Source: Mobula hypostoma (taxonomy: Eukaryota). From it: a stretch of 64,000 nt of DNA. The stretch spans positions 99,016,001-99,080,000 of the forward strand of contig NC_086107.1 in assembly GCF_963921235.1 (NCBI RefSeq), in the 5' to 3' direction. Under the pieces are notes generated by a model. It was not told where the DNA came from, did no database searches, and worked only from the letters and a program-made list of their open reading frames with translations. Shown here piece by piece: positions 50,835 through 63,052 of this stretch (its first letter is position 1; each line of letters starts with the position of its first letter). The position numbers and the translations under genes were made by a program.

Positions 50835-50978
50835 CGCCCAAGCTAATCATGGCCGCCTAAGCTGAACATGGCCACCCAAGCTGAACATGACCGCCCAACC
50901 TGAACATGACCGCCCAACCTGAACATAGCTGCCCAATCTGAACATGGCCGCCCAAGCTAATCATGGCTGTTCAAGCTA
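50835..50978. repeat. 19-bp tandem repeat (CGCCCAAGCTGAACATGGC), about 7 copies
   Basis: Direct read. Confidence 0.85.
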
Positions 50979-51189
50979 AGTTCAAAGCTTAGATCCAGCT
51001 AAACTTTGCACAGTGTCTTTGTTCAGTCCTGAGAACCAAGGTTACCAGACATACCCGGACCAAATAAGAATACTAATGAAAGCTTGTTGGCTTTTACTAG
51101 CCACTGAAAAGTTATTTTACTAATTCTAAAGTATTTTTGGTCTTTAACATGTAGATTTTATTGGTTACTAACACCTGAAATATGTAAAC

Positions 51190-51757
51190 ACAATAGATTC
51201 TGTAGATGCTGGAAATCTTGAGCCATACACACAAAAGGCTGGAGAAACTCAGCAGGTCAGGCAGCATCTATGGAGAGGAATAAACAGTCAATTTTTTTGG
51301 GTCAAGACTCTTCATCAGGAAAGGAAGGGGGCAGAAGCCAGAATAAAAAGTTCCGGGGAGGTGGGGCTGGGGCAAAGATTACAAGTTGGCAGATGATAGG
51401 TGGGTGGGTGGTGAGTGGGAGAGGGGGCGAAGTAAGAAGCTGGGAGGGGATAGGTGGAAGAGGCAAAGGGCTGAAGAAGGAGGAATCTGATAGGAGGGGA
51501 GAGTGGACCAGGGAACTTTGGGAAGGAGGAGGGGAACCAGAGGGAGGCGATGGGCAGGTGACGAGAAGAGAAGGGGTGAGAGTGTATCCAGTACGGGGAA
51601 TGGCAAGAGAGAGGAGGGAAGGGGAGAAATTGCTGGAAATCGATGTTCATGCCGTCAGGTTGGAGGCTACCCGGACGGAAAATGAGATGTTGCTCCTCCA
51701 GCCAGAGTTTTCCCTCATTATGGTCGTATGGGAGGCTATGGGCAGACAAGTGCATTA
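51190..51757 (-). mobile_element. Penelope-like element 3' end (GIY-YIG C-terminus plus UTR)
   Basis: ORF 51315-51755 reads KLWLEEQHLIFRPGSLQPDGMNIDF; same terminus as the other PLE copies. Confidence 0.8.
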
Positions 51758-52618
51758 TGATTGGTGTTTATATATGTAAATAATGAGATTCGATGGTGTA
51801 CACAGTTTCCATTAGATCCATATCTGTATAAAAATCGACGAACTTGAGCAGAGCAGTTTGGTGACAGGTCTGTGTGCACGAGGACAAAAGGGGTGACTGA
51901 AGTACGAGTGTGAGCTGTCAGAGTCCAGTTAGTCAGCAACGATATGGGCCCCCGCCCCGGGTTCTTGCACCCGCCTTGTGTGCAGACAGAGCAGGGCTGG
52001 GCTTCTGTAGTGGGGAGGGGGGAGTCAGGCTGCGTGTGGCACAGGGCAGCAGGAAAGCATATGAGATGGGAGGAGGGAGCAAATACGGGATGTTGGAGAG
52101 GAAAGTGGGTGAGGCAAATGGGAATGGCCGAGGAGTAAGCAGGTTTAGGTGGGGGGCTGGGGTTTGAGGAAGGATGGGGCTAGTGGGAGGGGTTAGTAGA
52201 TGGGATTGGCAGGTGGTTGGGTTAGTGGCAGGGGTTGAGGAGTGGGCAGCTTTAGTTGACAGTGGGCAGTCAGGCGAGGGTGGTGGGTAGGCTTTAGCAG
52301 TGGGTGGGCCTGGGCAGATGGGTGGGGATATGCGATGGGTGGTGTTTGGCAGTGAGCGGAGTTCGGGAGCGGGTATCGTGGGTAGGGTTTGTCTGTGGGT
52401 GGGGTTAAAGTGAGGGGTTTGGCTGGGAGTGGGCAGGGTTCAGCGGTGGTCATGGTTAGCAGGTGATCTTGGGCACGAGTTAGGGTCCATGGACGGGGTG
52501 GGGGGAAATGAGTGGGGTTACAGTAGTGGGCGGGGCCAGCTGGTGGGCGGGGCTGAACGGCGGCTCCCCATTGGCTTCCCGCTAAGAAACAATTAGACAT
52601 TCAGTGAAAGGACTTCAA

Positions 52619-52624
52619 TTTATT
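52619..52624 (-). terminator. Candidate polyadenylation signal of the RASD gene
   Basis: AATAAA on the minus strand about 150 nt downstream of the stop codon. Confidence 0.55.
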
Positions 52625-52770
52625 TACAAAGTGCCAGCACGTTTAGGTTCTGTTTCGAGCATGGCGATGGTGGGAATCTGGCGTCCCGTGGGCTGGGGGT
52701 GAGGGGTGAGGGGCGGGGCAGGTGCGGATGGGCGAGCCAAGCCTGGGGCTGCCCCAGCCCTGGGCACTCG

Positions 52771-53300
52771 TCACTGGATCAGACACTTCTCCCGCTCTCG
52801 GGGCTGTCCACGGCCCATCACCTTCTCCTTGATGTACATCAGGTCACTGTTGACGCTGGGCCGGCGGGCCAGAGGCGACACCATGCCGAAGGCCCCCAGC
52901 TCCTTGGCCCGCTTGAGGCCAAAGGACTTGTGGTGCAGAGCCTCGCAGTACTGCGCGGAGATCTTGCGGTGGAGGGCGGGGCTCATCTCGTGGGGGAGTT
53001 TGGCCATGCTGAACAGGGCGCGGAACATCTCCTCCACGTTGGCGTTCTTCTTGGCCGAGATCTCGAAGTAGACGCTGCTGGCATCGCCGGCGATCAGCCG
53101 CTCACCCTCCTCGGCCAGGACCTCGCGGTGCAGCTCGGCGCGGTCCACCTTGTTGCCGCACACGGCCATGGGGATGTCCATCGCCTTTTTGGTCTTGTCC
53201 TTCAGGCACATCTTGCACTCGATGATCTGTCTGCGCAGTCGCTGCACCTCCTCAAAGGAGTCTCTGCTGTCTAAGCTGAAGACCAGGATGAACACGTCTC
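52771..53300 (-). CDS. RASD2: Terminal coding exon of a RASD-family small GTPase, RASD2/Rhes-like
   Basis: Polypyrimidine tract and CTGCAG acceptor, then (G)GA GAC GTG = GDVFILVFSLD, the phase-1 junction typical of RASD genes. Has G4 GNKVD, G5 EISAK, AKLPHEMSPALHRKIS, RRPSVNSDL and C-terminal CaaX CLIQ. Exact paralogue is uncertain. Confidence 0.9.
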
Positions 53301-53859
53301 CTGCAGGATGACAGGAAGGAGGGAGGGAGGGTCACCGAGACAGTTGGAGTAGGGTAGGGGCAACTGCAATGGTTGACACGGTGGCCAAGGTGTGGAGAGA
53401 AGTTTGGTCCTTTAGTCCGTCCCTCCCTGTACCTCTACTCTCCCATCTCCCATCCCACTGTCCCATCCCTCACTCCCATCGCAGTCCCTCCCTCCTTTTG
53501 TCGCTTCCCCCGCTCTCACCCCCTCAACCCTCCCATCACCCCATCCCTCTCTCCCTTCCACCTCCCCATCCCTCCCTCCCTCTGCCACCGCCTCTCCCTC
53601 CCACTCTCCCACCTTCCCTCCCCATCTCTTCCCTCCTACCGGCCCATCCCTCGCACCCTCCCACCACTCTGTTCCACCCCCCCCCGTCCCTCACATCACC
53701 CCACCCAAGGAGTAAGCGTCAGGAATAAGATTCATGGGAGTGAGAGGGAGATGGGGAGGAAGAAAGAGTTAGGACGGAAGAAAGAGACATGTAGTATAGA
53801 TAGAGTCAAAGTACGGGTAAAGCTTGAACTGTTCCAGTTTGACTATTGGATCAGAGAGT

Positions 53860-54560
53860 ATTTTTTATGAGGATAAGCTGAACAATTTAGGGCTTTTCTC
53901 TTTGGAGCAAGGGAGGATGGGAGGTGACTGGATACAGTGTACAAGATGATAAGAGGCATAGTTTAAGTGGACGGAGTGTTTCTGAATGTAGTTCATTGCT
54001 TCATTTCACAGGTAAACAGTTATAATGATTATTTAATGTACTTAATAAATATATTACATCAGTGGTGATTTTGGGAGATGGCATTTGTGGACAATGGCAC
54101 GGACTGGGTACAATTGGAGCAAGTTTATTTGGGTGAATCAGCACCAGATTATATGATAGTCACATCAAATGAATTCATGTGTTTTAGTACAGTACATATC
54201 ATACGAGAATAGACTGAGCGAGCTGGGGCTTTTCTCTTTGGAGTGAAGAAAGATGAAAGGTGGATTGATAAAGATGTACAAGATGTTAAGAGGCATTTTC
54301 CTAGGCTGGAAATGGCTAATGTAGGGGGCATAACTTTAAGCAGACTGGGAGATGTCATTGGGAAGTTTATTTACAGAGTGGAGGATGCCTGGATCACCGG
54401 AGTGGTGGTAGAGGCAGATTAAGAAACCCTTAGATAGGCACGTAGATTGTAGAACAATGGGGGGGGGGTCATGTCAGATGGTAGGGTTAGACTGATTTTA
54501 CAGTAGGTTAAAAGGCCAGCACAACATGGTGGGCCGAAGGAACTGTACTGCATCTTCTAT
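53860..54560 (+). mobile_element. Degenerate CR1 3' fragments (intronic)
   Basis: Two GGGCTTTTCTCTTTGGAG...ACAAGATG.TAAGAGGCAT pieces and a CR1-type end. Confidence 0.6.
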
Positions 54561-55594
54561 TCCCAATCTGCGGTGGCCAAAGTTTGGAGAAACGCCAGGG
54601 AACTGTGGAGTCGAGTTAGCGTCAGTGTCTGTGGGTTAGTGGAAGGGTGCAGGTACATAATGGATTTGTGGGACTGTGGTATAGGCATGCTAAACTGGGA
54701 TGAGGCCTAGCCGAAAGCTGTAATGATCCAAAGGCCTGGAAGTTCCTTATGTTCACAAGCTTAGTGTTGTTACCCTCAGGTCATATGGCAAGTTCTTACG
54801 GTTCTCAGCATGGAGCCCAGGGGCTCTCTCTCCCTCGAGCCCACTGTTCCACCACAGCAGCAACTCTCCGCTCTGGGGGTTCCGCCCCTGCTTGAAGGGC
54901 CGAGGCCTCCAGGAGCTCAGGGAGGCCTGGTGCTGGGGTAGAGACTCCCCAGGGCTCTCTCTCTGCTCGGTGACTCCCTCTGAGAAGCCAGCACCCACTC
55001 TGTCGCCGGCCATGCACTAAACTGGGCAGCCTCCCTAACGCAACAGCGAGCAGCGGATTGTGGGCTGGCAGTGGCCCAGAGGTTGGGAATCTGCTAGCGA
55101 TATCAAAACCGTCATGGGGGGGGGGCTCTGGGAGATTGTAGAAGGTCATAGATCCCTCTGAGCAGCGTGGGTGCAGCGGGAATGGAATTCCCAATCCCAG
55201 CTCCGTGTGTAAATGAGAACTGGTGAGGTTGGAATCTCCCGACCGGAACGTTTTGGGCTCACTGTCAACATCACCTGGAGAACTTCAGCTCTGTAGGGGC
55301 GATGATAGGAGAAATGTCCCGGGCCTGAGTTTCCTGTCAAACTCCAGAAAGTTGCTCGAAGTGGCCGCACTCCTGTCTACTGCAATTTTCACCAACACAG
55401 AGCTGTCCCGTACTGAGCTATGCAGAGAATGTGCATTGCACCTACACCTTGAGTAGGTGGTACAGGCCACCCCGGATTAGGAATTCCTGATTTATGAGGT
55501 CTACTACAAACAAATGAGCTCCTAAAGCATTATTAAATTCAGAAGTCTGATTCATATACATAGAAATGTTTATTCCTTCAAACAGCTGAACGAG

Positions 55595-58500
55595 TTCTCT
55601 CTCTCTCCCCTCCTCTCTCTCCCTCCTCTCTCTCCCTCCTCTCTCTCTCTCCCTCCTCTCTCTCCCTCCTCTCTCTCTCTCTCCATCCTCTCTCTCCCCT
55701 CCTCTCTCTCCCCTCCTCTCTCTGCCCTCCTCTCTCTCTCCCTCCTCTCTCTCCCTCTTCTCTCTCTCCCCTCCTCTCTCTCCCCTCCTCTCTCTCTCTC
55801 TCCATCCTCTCTCTCCCCTCCTCTCTCTCTCCCTCCTCTCTCTCCCATCCACTCTCTCTCCCTCCTCTCTCTGTCCCCTCCTCTCGCTCTCCCATTCTCT
55901 CTCTCTCCCCTCCGCTCTCTCCCCTCTACTCTCTCCCCTCCTCTCTCTCTCCCCTCTGCTCTCTCCCCTCCTCTATCTCCCCTTCTCTCTCTCTCCCCTA
56001 CGCTCTCTCCCCTCCTCTCTCTCCCCTCCTCTCTGCTCTCTCTCTCTCTCCTCTCTCTCTCCCCTCCTCTCTCTCCCCTCCTCTCTCTGCCCTCTTCTCT
56101 CTCTCCCTCCTCTCTCTCTCCCCTCCTCTCTCTCCCCCCTCCTCTCTCTCCCTCCTCTCTCTCCACTCCCCTCTCTCTGCCCTCCTCTCTCTCTCCTTTC
56201 TCTCTCTCTCCCCTCCACTCTCTCCACTCCTCTCTCTCCCCTCCTCTCTGCCCTGCTCTCTCTCTCTCACTCCTCTCTCTCTCCCCTCCTCCCTCTCTCC
56301 CTCCTCTCTCTCCCTCCTCTCTCTCCACTCCCCTGTCTTTCTCCCCCTCTCTCTCCCCTCCCCTCTCTCCCCCTCTCTCTCCCTCCACTCTCTCGCCTCC
56401 TCTCTCTCCCCTTCTCTCTCTCCCCCCTCTCTCTCCCCTCCTCTCTCTCTTCCTCCTCTCTCTCTCCCCTCCTCTCTCTCTTCCTCCTCTCTCTCTCCCC
56501 TCCCCTCTCTCCCCTCCACTCTCTCCCCTTGGCTCTCTCTCCCCTCCACTCTCTCCCCCCTCCTCTCTCTCCCTCCTCTCTCTCCACTCCTCTCTCTCTG
56601 CCCTCCTCTCTCTCTCCTTCCTCTCTCTCTCCCCTCCACTCTCTCCCCTCCTCTCTCTCCCCACCTCTCTCTCCCCTCCTCTCTCTGCCCTCCTCTCTCT
56701 CTCTCCTCTCTCTCCCCTCCCCTCTCTTCCCTCCACTCTCTGCCCTCCCCTCTCTCCGCTCCTCTCTCTCTCCCCTCCTCTCTCTCCCCTTCTCCCTCTC
56801 TCCCTCCTCTCTCCCCTCCTCTCTCTCCCCTCCTCCCTCTCTCCCTCCTCTCTCTCCACTCCCCTCTCTTTCTCCTCCTCTCTTTCTCCCCCCTCTCTCT
56901 CCCCTCCTCTCTCTCCCCTCCCCTCTCTCCCCCTCTCTCTCCCCTCCTCTCTCTCTCCCTCCTCTCTCTCGCCTCCTCTCTCTCCCCTTCTCTCTCTCCC
57001 ACCTCTCTCTCTCCCCTCCTCTCTCTCTTCCTCCTCTCCCCTCCTCTCTCTCTTCCTCCTCTCTCTCTCCCCTCCACTCTCTCCCCTCGGCTCTCTCTCC
57101 CCTCCTCTCTCTCCCCTCCTCTCTCTCCACTCCCCTCTCGCTCCCTCCTCTCTCTCCCCTCCTCTCTCTCCCCTCCTCTCTCTCCCTCCTCTCACTTTCC
57201 CCTTCTCTCTCTCTCCACTCTGCTCTCTCCCCTCCCCTCTCTCCCCTCCTCTCTCTCCCCTTCTCTCTCCCCCCTCTCTCCCCCCTCTCTCTCTCCCTCC
57301 TCTCTCTTTCCCCTCCCCTCTCTCCACTCCTCTCTCTCCCCTCCTCTCTCTCCCTTCCTCCCTCTCTCCCTCCTCTCTCTCCCCTCCCCTCTCTCCCCTC
57401 CTCTCTCTACCCTCTCTCTCTCTTTTCCTTCTCTCTCTCCCTCCTCTCTCTCCCTCCTCTCTCTCTCCCATTCTCTCTCTCTCCCCTCCGCTCTCTCCCC
57501 CCTCTCTCTCTCCCCTCCACTCTCTCCCCTCCTCTCTCTCCCCTTCTCTCTCTCCCCTCTGCTCTCTCCCCTCCTCTCTCTCCCCTTCTCTCTCTCTCTG
57601 CTCTCTCCCCATCTCTCTCCCCTCCTCTCTCTCTCCCTCCTCTCTCTCTCCCCTCTGCTCTCTCCCCTCCTCTCTCTCCCCTCCTCTCTCTCCCCCCCTC
57701 TCTCCCTCCTCTCACTCCCCTCCCCCCTCTCTCTCCTCTCTCTCTCCCCTCCTATCTCTCCCCCCTCCCTCTTCTCTCTCCCCTCCCCTCTCTTCCCTCT
57801 TCTCTCTGCCCTCCTCTCTCTCTCCCCTCCCATCTCACCCCTCCCTCTCACCCCTCCCCTCTCTCTGCTCCTCTCTCTCTCCTCCCCTCTCTCCTCCTCC
57901 CACTCTCCCTCCTCTTTCTCTACCCTCCTCTCTCTCCACTCCCTCTCTCCCTCTCTCTCCCCTCCTCTCTCTCCCCCTGTCTCCCCTCCTCTCTCTCCCC
58001 TCCTCTCTCTCTCCCCTCCGCTCCTCATCTCTCTCCACACCCCTCTCTCTCCACTCCCCTCTCTCCCCTCCCCTTTCTCCCCTTTCTCCCCTCCTCTCTC
58101 TCCGCTTCTCTCTCTCTCCCCTCCCTCTCTCCCCTCCTCTCTCTCCTCTTCTCTCTCTCCCCCTCTCTCTCCACTCCTCTCTCTCTTCCACCCCTCTCTT
58201 CCGTCCACTCTCTCCCCTCCCCTCTCTCCGCTCCTCTCTCTCCTCACCTCTCTCTCCCTTCCTCCCTCTCTCCCTCCTCTCTCTCCCCTCCCCTCTCTCC
58301 GCTCCTCTCTCTCTCCCCTCCTCTCTCTCCCCTTCTCCCTCTCTCTCCCCTCCTCTCTCTCCCCTCCTCCCTCTCTCCCTCCTCTCTCTCCCTCCTCTCT
58401 CTCCACTCCCCTCTCTTTCTCGCCCTCTCTTTCTCCCCCCTCTCTCCCCTCCTCTGTGCTCTCTCTCTCCCCTCATCTCTCTCCCCTCCTCTCTCTCCCT

Positions 58501-61500
58501 CCTCTCTCTCTCTCCCCTCTTCTCTCTCCCCTCCTCTCTCTGCCCTCCTCTCTCTCTCCTCTCTCTCCCCTCCTCTCTCTTCCCTCCCCTCTCTCCCCTC
58601 CCTTCTCTCCGCTCCTCTCTCTCCCCTCCTCTCTCTCGCTTCCTCCCTCTCTCCCTCCTCTCTCTCCCCTCCCCTCTCTCCGCTCCTCTCTCTCTCCGCT
58701 CCTCTCTCTCTCCCTCCTCTCTCTCGCCTCCTCTCTCTGCCCTCTCTCTCCCCCCTCTCTCTCCCCTCCTCTCTCTCCCTCCTCTCTCTCTCCCCTCCCC
58801 TCTCTCCCCTCCACTCTCTCCCCTCGGCTCTCTCTCCCCTCCTCTCTCTCCTCAACTCTCTCCACTACCCTCTCTCTCCCCTCCCCTCTCTCCCCTCCTC
58901 TCTCTCCCCTTCTCTCTCTCCCCTCCACTCTCTCCCCTCGGCTCTCTCTCCCCTCCCCTCTCTCCCCTCCTCTCTCTCCCCTTCTCTCTCTCTCCCCTCC
59001 CCTCTCTCCCCTCCTCTCTCTCCCTTTCTCGCTCTCCCCCCTCTCTCTCCCCTCCTCTCTCTCTTCCTCCTCTCCCCTCCTCTTCCTCTCTCTCCCCTCC
59101 CCTCTCTCCCCTCCTCTCTCTCCCCTCCTCTCTGCCCTGCTCTCTCTCTCACTCCTCTCTCTCTCCCCTCCCCTCTCTTCCCTCCCCTCTCTCCCCTCGC
59201 CTCTCTCCGCTACTCTCTCTGCCCTCCTCTCTCTCCCTTCCTCCATCTCTCCCTCCTCTTTCTCCCCTCCCCTCTTTCTCCCCTCCACTCTCCCTCCCCT
59301 CCTCTCTCTCCACTCTTCTCTCTCCCCTCTCTCTCCCCTCCTCTCCCTCCCCTCCTCCCTCTCTGCCTTCTCTCTCTCCCCTCCTCTCTCTCCCCTCCCC
59401 TATCTCCCTCCTCTCTCTCCACACTCCCCTCTCTCTCCCTCCTCTCTCTCCCCTCCTCCCTCTCTCCCTCCTCTCTCTCCCCTCCTCTCCCTCCCCTCCT
59501 CTCTCTCCCCTCTGCTCTCTCCCTCAACTCTCTCCCCTCTCTCTCCCCTCCTCTCTCTCCCCTCCTCCCTCTCTCTCCCCCTCCTCTCTCTCCCCCCTCT
59601 CTCTCCCCCCTCTCTCTCCCCCTCCTCTCTCTCCCCTCCCCTCTCTCTCCCCTCCTCTGTTTCCCCCTCTCTCTCCCCTCCGCTCTCTCTCACTCCTCTC
59701 TCTCTCCCCTCCGCTCTCTCTCACTCCTCTCTCTCACCTCCTCCCTCTCCCTTCTGTCTCTGCCGGCCTCTCTCTCCCCCTGCTCTCTCCCCTCCTCTCT
59801 CTACCTTCTCTCTCTCTCCCCCTCTCTCTCCCTCCTCTCTCTCCCCTCCATCCTCTCTCCCTCCTCTCTCTCCCCTCCTCTGTCTCCCCCTCTCTCTCCC
59901 CTCCGCTCTCTCTCACTCCTCTCTCTCTCCCTCCTCTCTCTCACCTCCTCCCTCTCCCTTCTCTCTCTGCCGGCCTCTCTCTCCCACTGCTCTCTCCCCT
60001 CCTCTCTCTACCTTCTCTCTCTCCCCCCGTCTCTCTCCTTCCTCTCTCTCCCCTCCTCCCTCTCTCCCTCCTCTCTCTCCACCCTCTCTCTCCTTCCTCT
60101 CTCTCCCCTCCACCCTCTCTCCCTCCTCTCTCTCCCTTCCTCTCTCTCCCCTCCTCCCTCTCTCCCTCCTTTCTCTCCACCCTCTCTCTCCCTCCTCTCT
60201 CTCCCCTCCTCCCTCTCTCCCTCCTCTCTCTCCCCTCCTCTCTCTCCCCTCCTCCCTCTCTCCCTCCTCTCTCTCCCCTTCTCTCTCTCCCCTCCTCTCT
60301 CTCCCCTCCTCTCTTTCTCCCCACCCTCTTTCTCCCCTGCCATCTCTCTCCCCTCCTCTCTCTCCACTCCTCTCTCTCCCCTCTCTCTCCCCTCCCCTCT
60401 CTCTCCCCTCCTCTGTCTCCCCTTCTCTCTCCCCTCCGCTCTCTCTCCCTCCTCTCTCTCACCTCCTCTCTCTCCTCTCCTCCCTCTCTATCTCCCCTCC
60501 TCTCCCTCCCCTCCTCCCTCTCTCCCTCCTCTCTCTCCCCTCCTCTCTCTCCCCTCCCCTATCTCCCTCCTCTCTCTCCACACTCCCCTCTCTCTCCCCT
60601 CCACTCTCTCTCCCCTCCTCTCTCTCCCCTCCTCTCTCTCCCTCCTCTCTCTCCCCTCCTCTCTCTGCCCTCCTCTCTGTCTCCCTCCTCTCTCTCTCCC
60701 CTTCCCTCTCCCCTCACCTCGCTCCATTCCTGTCTCTCCGCTCCTCTCTCTCCCCTCCTCCCTCTCTCCCTCCTCTCTACCTCCTCTCTCTCCACTCCCT
60801 TCTCTCTCTCCCCTCCCCTCACTCTGCCCTCCTCTCTCTTTCCCTCCTCTCTCTCTCCCCTCACCTCTCTCCCCTCACCTCTCTCCCCTCCTCTCTCTCC
60901 CCTCCTCTCTGCCCTGCTCTCTATTCCTCCTCTCTCTCTCCCCTCCTCTCTCTCCCCTCCTCTCTCTCCCCTCCTCGCTCTCTCCCTCCTCTCTCTCTCC
61001 CCTCCTCTCTCTCCCCTCCGCTCTCTCCCCTCCTCTCTCTCCCTCTCCTCTCTCTCTCTCCTCCTCTGTCCCCTCCGCTCTCCTCTCCTCTCTCTCCCTT
61101 TCTCTCTCTCTCCCCTCCACTCTCTCCTCCTCTCTCTCCACTCCCCTCTCTCTTCCCTCCCCTTTCTCCCCTCCTCTCTCCCCTTCTCTCTCTCTCCCCT
61201 CCCCTCTCTCACCCCCTCTCTCTCCCCTCCTCTCTCTCTCCCTCCTCTCTCTCTCCTCTCCCCTCTCTCCACTCTCTCCCTCCTCTCTCTCCCCTCCTCC
61301 CTCTCTCCCTCCTCTCTTCTCTCTCTGCTCTCCTCTCTCTCCCCTCTGCTCTCTCCCTCCTCTCTCTCCCCTCCTCTCTCTCCCCTCCTCCCTCTCCCCT
61401 CTCCTCTCTCCCTCCTCTCTCTCTCCCCTCCTCTCTCTCCCCTCCTCCCTCTCTCCCTCCTCTCTCTCCCCTCCCCTCTCTCTCCCCTCCTCTCTCTCTC

Positions 61501-63052
61501 CTCCCCTCTCTCTCCCCTCCTCTCTCTCCCCTCCCCTCTCTCTCCCCTCCTCTCTCTCCCCTCCTCTCTCTCCCCTCCTCTCTCTCCCTTCCTCTCTCTC
61601 TCCCCTCCTCTCTCTCTCTCCCCTCTGCTATCTCCCCTCCTCTCTCTCCCCTTCTCTCTCCCCTCTGCTCTCTCCCCTCCTTTCTCTCTCCCCTCCGCTC
61701 TCTCCTACTCTCTCTCCACTCCCCTCTCTCTCCCCTCTGCTCTCTCCCCTCCTTTCTCTCCTCCCCTCTCTCCACTCCCCTCTCTCTCCCCTCCCCTTTC
61801 TCCCCTCCTCTCTCCCCTTCTCTCTCTCTCCCCTCTCTCACCCCCTCTCTCTCCCCTGCTCTCTCTCTCCCTCCTCTCTCTCTCCCCTCCCCTCTCTCCC
61901 CTCCCCTCTCTCCGTTCCTCCCTCTCCCCTCCTCTCTCGCCCCCCTCTCGCTCCCCTCCTGTCTATCCCCTCCTCTCTCTCCCCTCCTGTCTCTCTCTCT
62001 CCCCTCCTCTCTCTCTCCCCTCCTCTCTCTCCCCTCCTCTCTCTCCCCTCCTCTCTTCCCCTCCTCTCTTCCCCTCCTCTCTCTCCCCTCCTCTCTCTCC
62101 CACCTCTCTCTCCCCTCCTCTCTCTCCCCTCCTCTCTCTCCCCTCCTCTCTCTCCCCCTCCTCTCTCTCTCCCCTCCTCTCTCTCTCTCCCCTCCGCTAT
62201 CTCCCCTCCTCCTCTCTCTCTCCTCCCCTCTCTCTCCGCTCCTCTCTCTCCCCTCCTCTCTCTCTCCCCTCCTCTCTCTCCCCTCCTCTCTCTCCTCCTC
62301 CTCTCTCTCCCCCTCCTCTCTCTCTCCCCTCCTCTCTCTCTCTCCCCTCCGCTATCTCCCCTCCTCTCTCTCTCCCCTCCACTCTCTCCCCTCCTCTCTC
62401 TCCCCTTCTCTCTCCCCTCTGCTCTCTCCCCTCCTTTCTCTCTCCCCTCCGCTCTCTCCTCCTCTCTCTCCACTCCCCTCTCTCTCCCCTCTGCTCTCTC
62501 CCCTCCTTTCTCTCCTCCTCTCTCTCCACTCCCCTCTCTCTCCCCTCCCCTTTCTCCCCTCCTCTCTCTCCCCTTCTCTCTCTCTCCCCTCCCCTCTCTC
62601 ACCCCCTCTCTCTCCCCTGCTCTCTCTCTCCCCTCCTCTCTCTCCCCTCCTCTCTCTCCCACCTCTCTCTCCCCTCTTCTCTCTCCCCTCCCCTCTCTCT
62701 CCCCTCCCCTCTCTCCTCTCCTCTCTCTCCCCTCCCCTCTCTCTCCCCTCCTCTGTCTCCCCCTCTCTCCCCTCCTCTCTCTCTCCCTCCTCTCTCTCCC
62801 CTCCTCTCTCTCCCCTCCTCTCTCTCACCTCCTATTTCTCCCCTCCCCTCTCTCCCCTCCTCTCTCTCTCCCCACCTCTCTCTCTCCCTTCTCTCGCTCC
62901 CCTCCTCTCTCTCCCCTCCTCTCTCTCCCCTCCGCTCTATTCCCTCCTCGCTCCCTTCCCTTCTCCCCTACACTCTCTCTCCTCTCTTTCCTCCTCCACC
63001 TCATTCTCCCCTCTCCATCCTCTTCCCCCATCCTTCCCACCCCTCTCTTTCA
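55595..63052. repeat. ~7.5 kb polypyrimidine/polypurine (CT-rich) tract
   Basis: The + strand is almost only C and T, built from variants of CTCTCTCTCCCCTC. Confidence 0.98.

Noticed and set aside
49262..50978. CRISPR-like arrays
   Set aside because: The units are head-to-tail with no unique spacers, there are no cas genes, and the context is eukaryotic.
52699..53274. 191-aa plus-strand ORF overlapping RASD
   Set aside because: Antisense shadow of a GC-rich coding exon.
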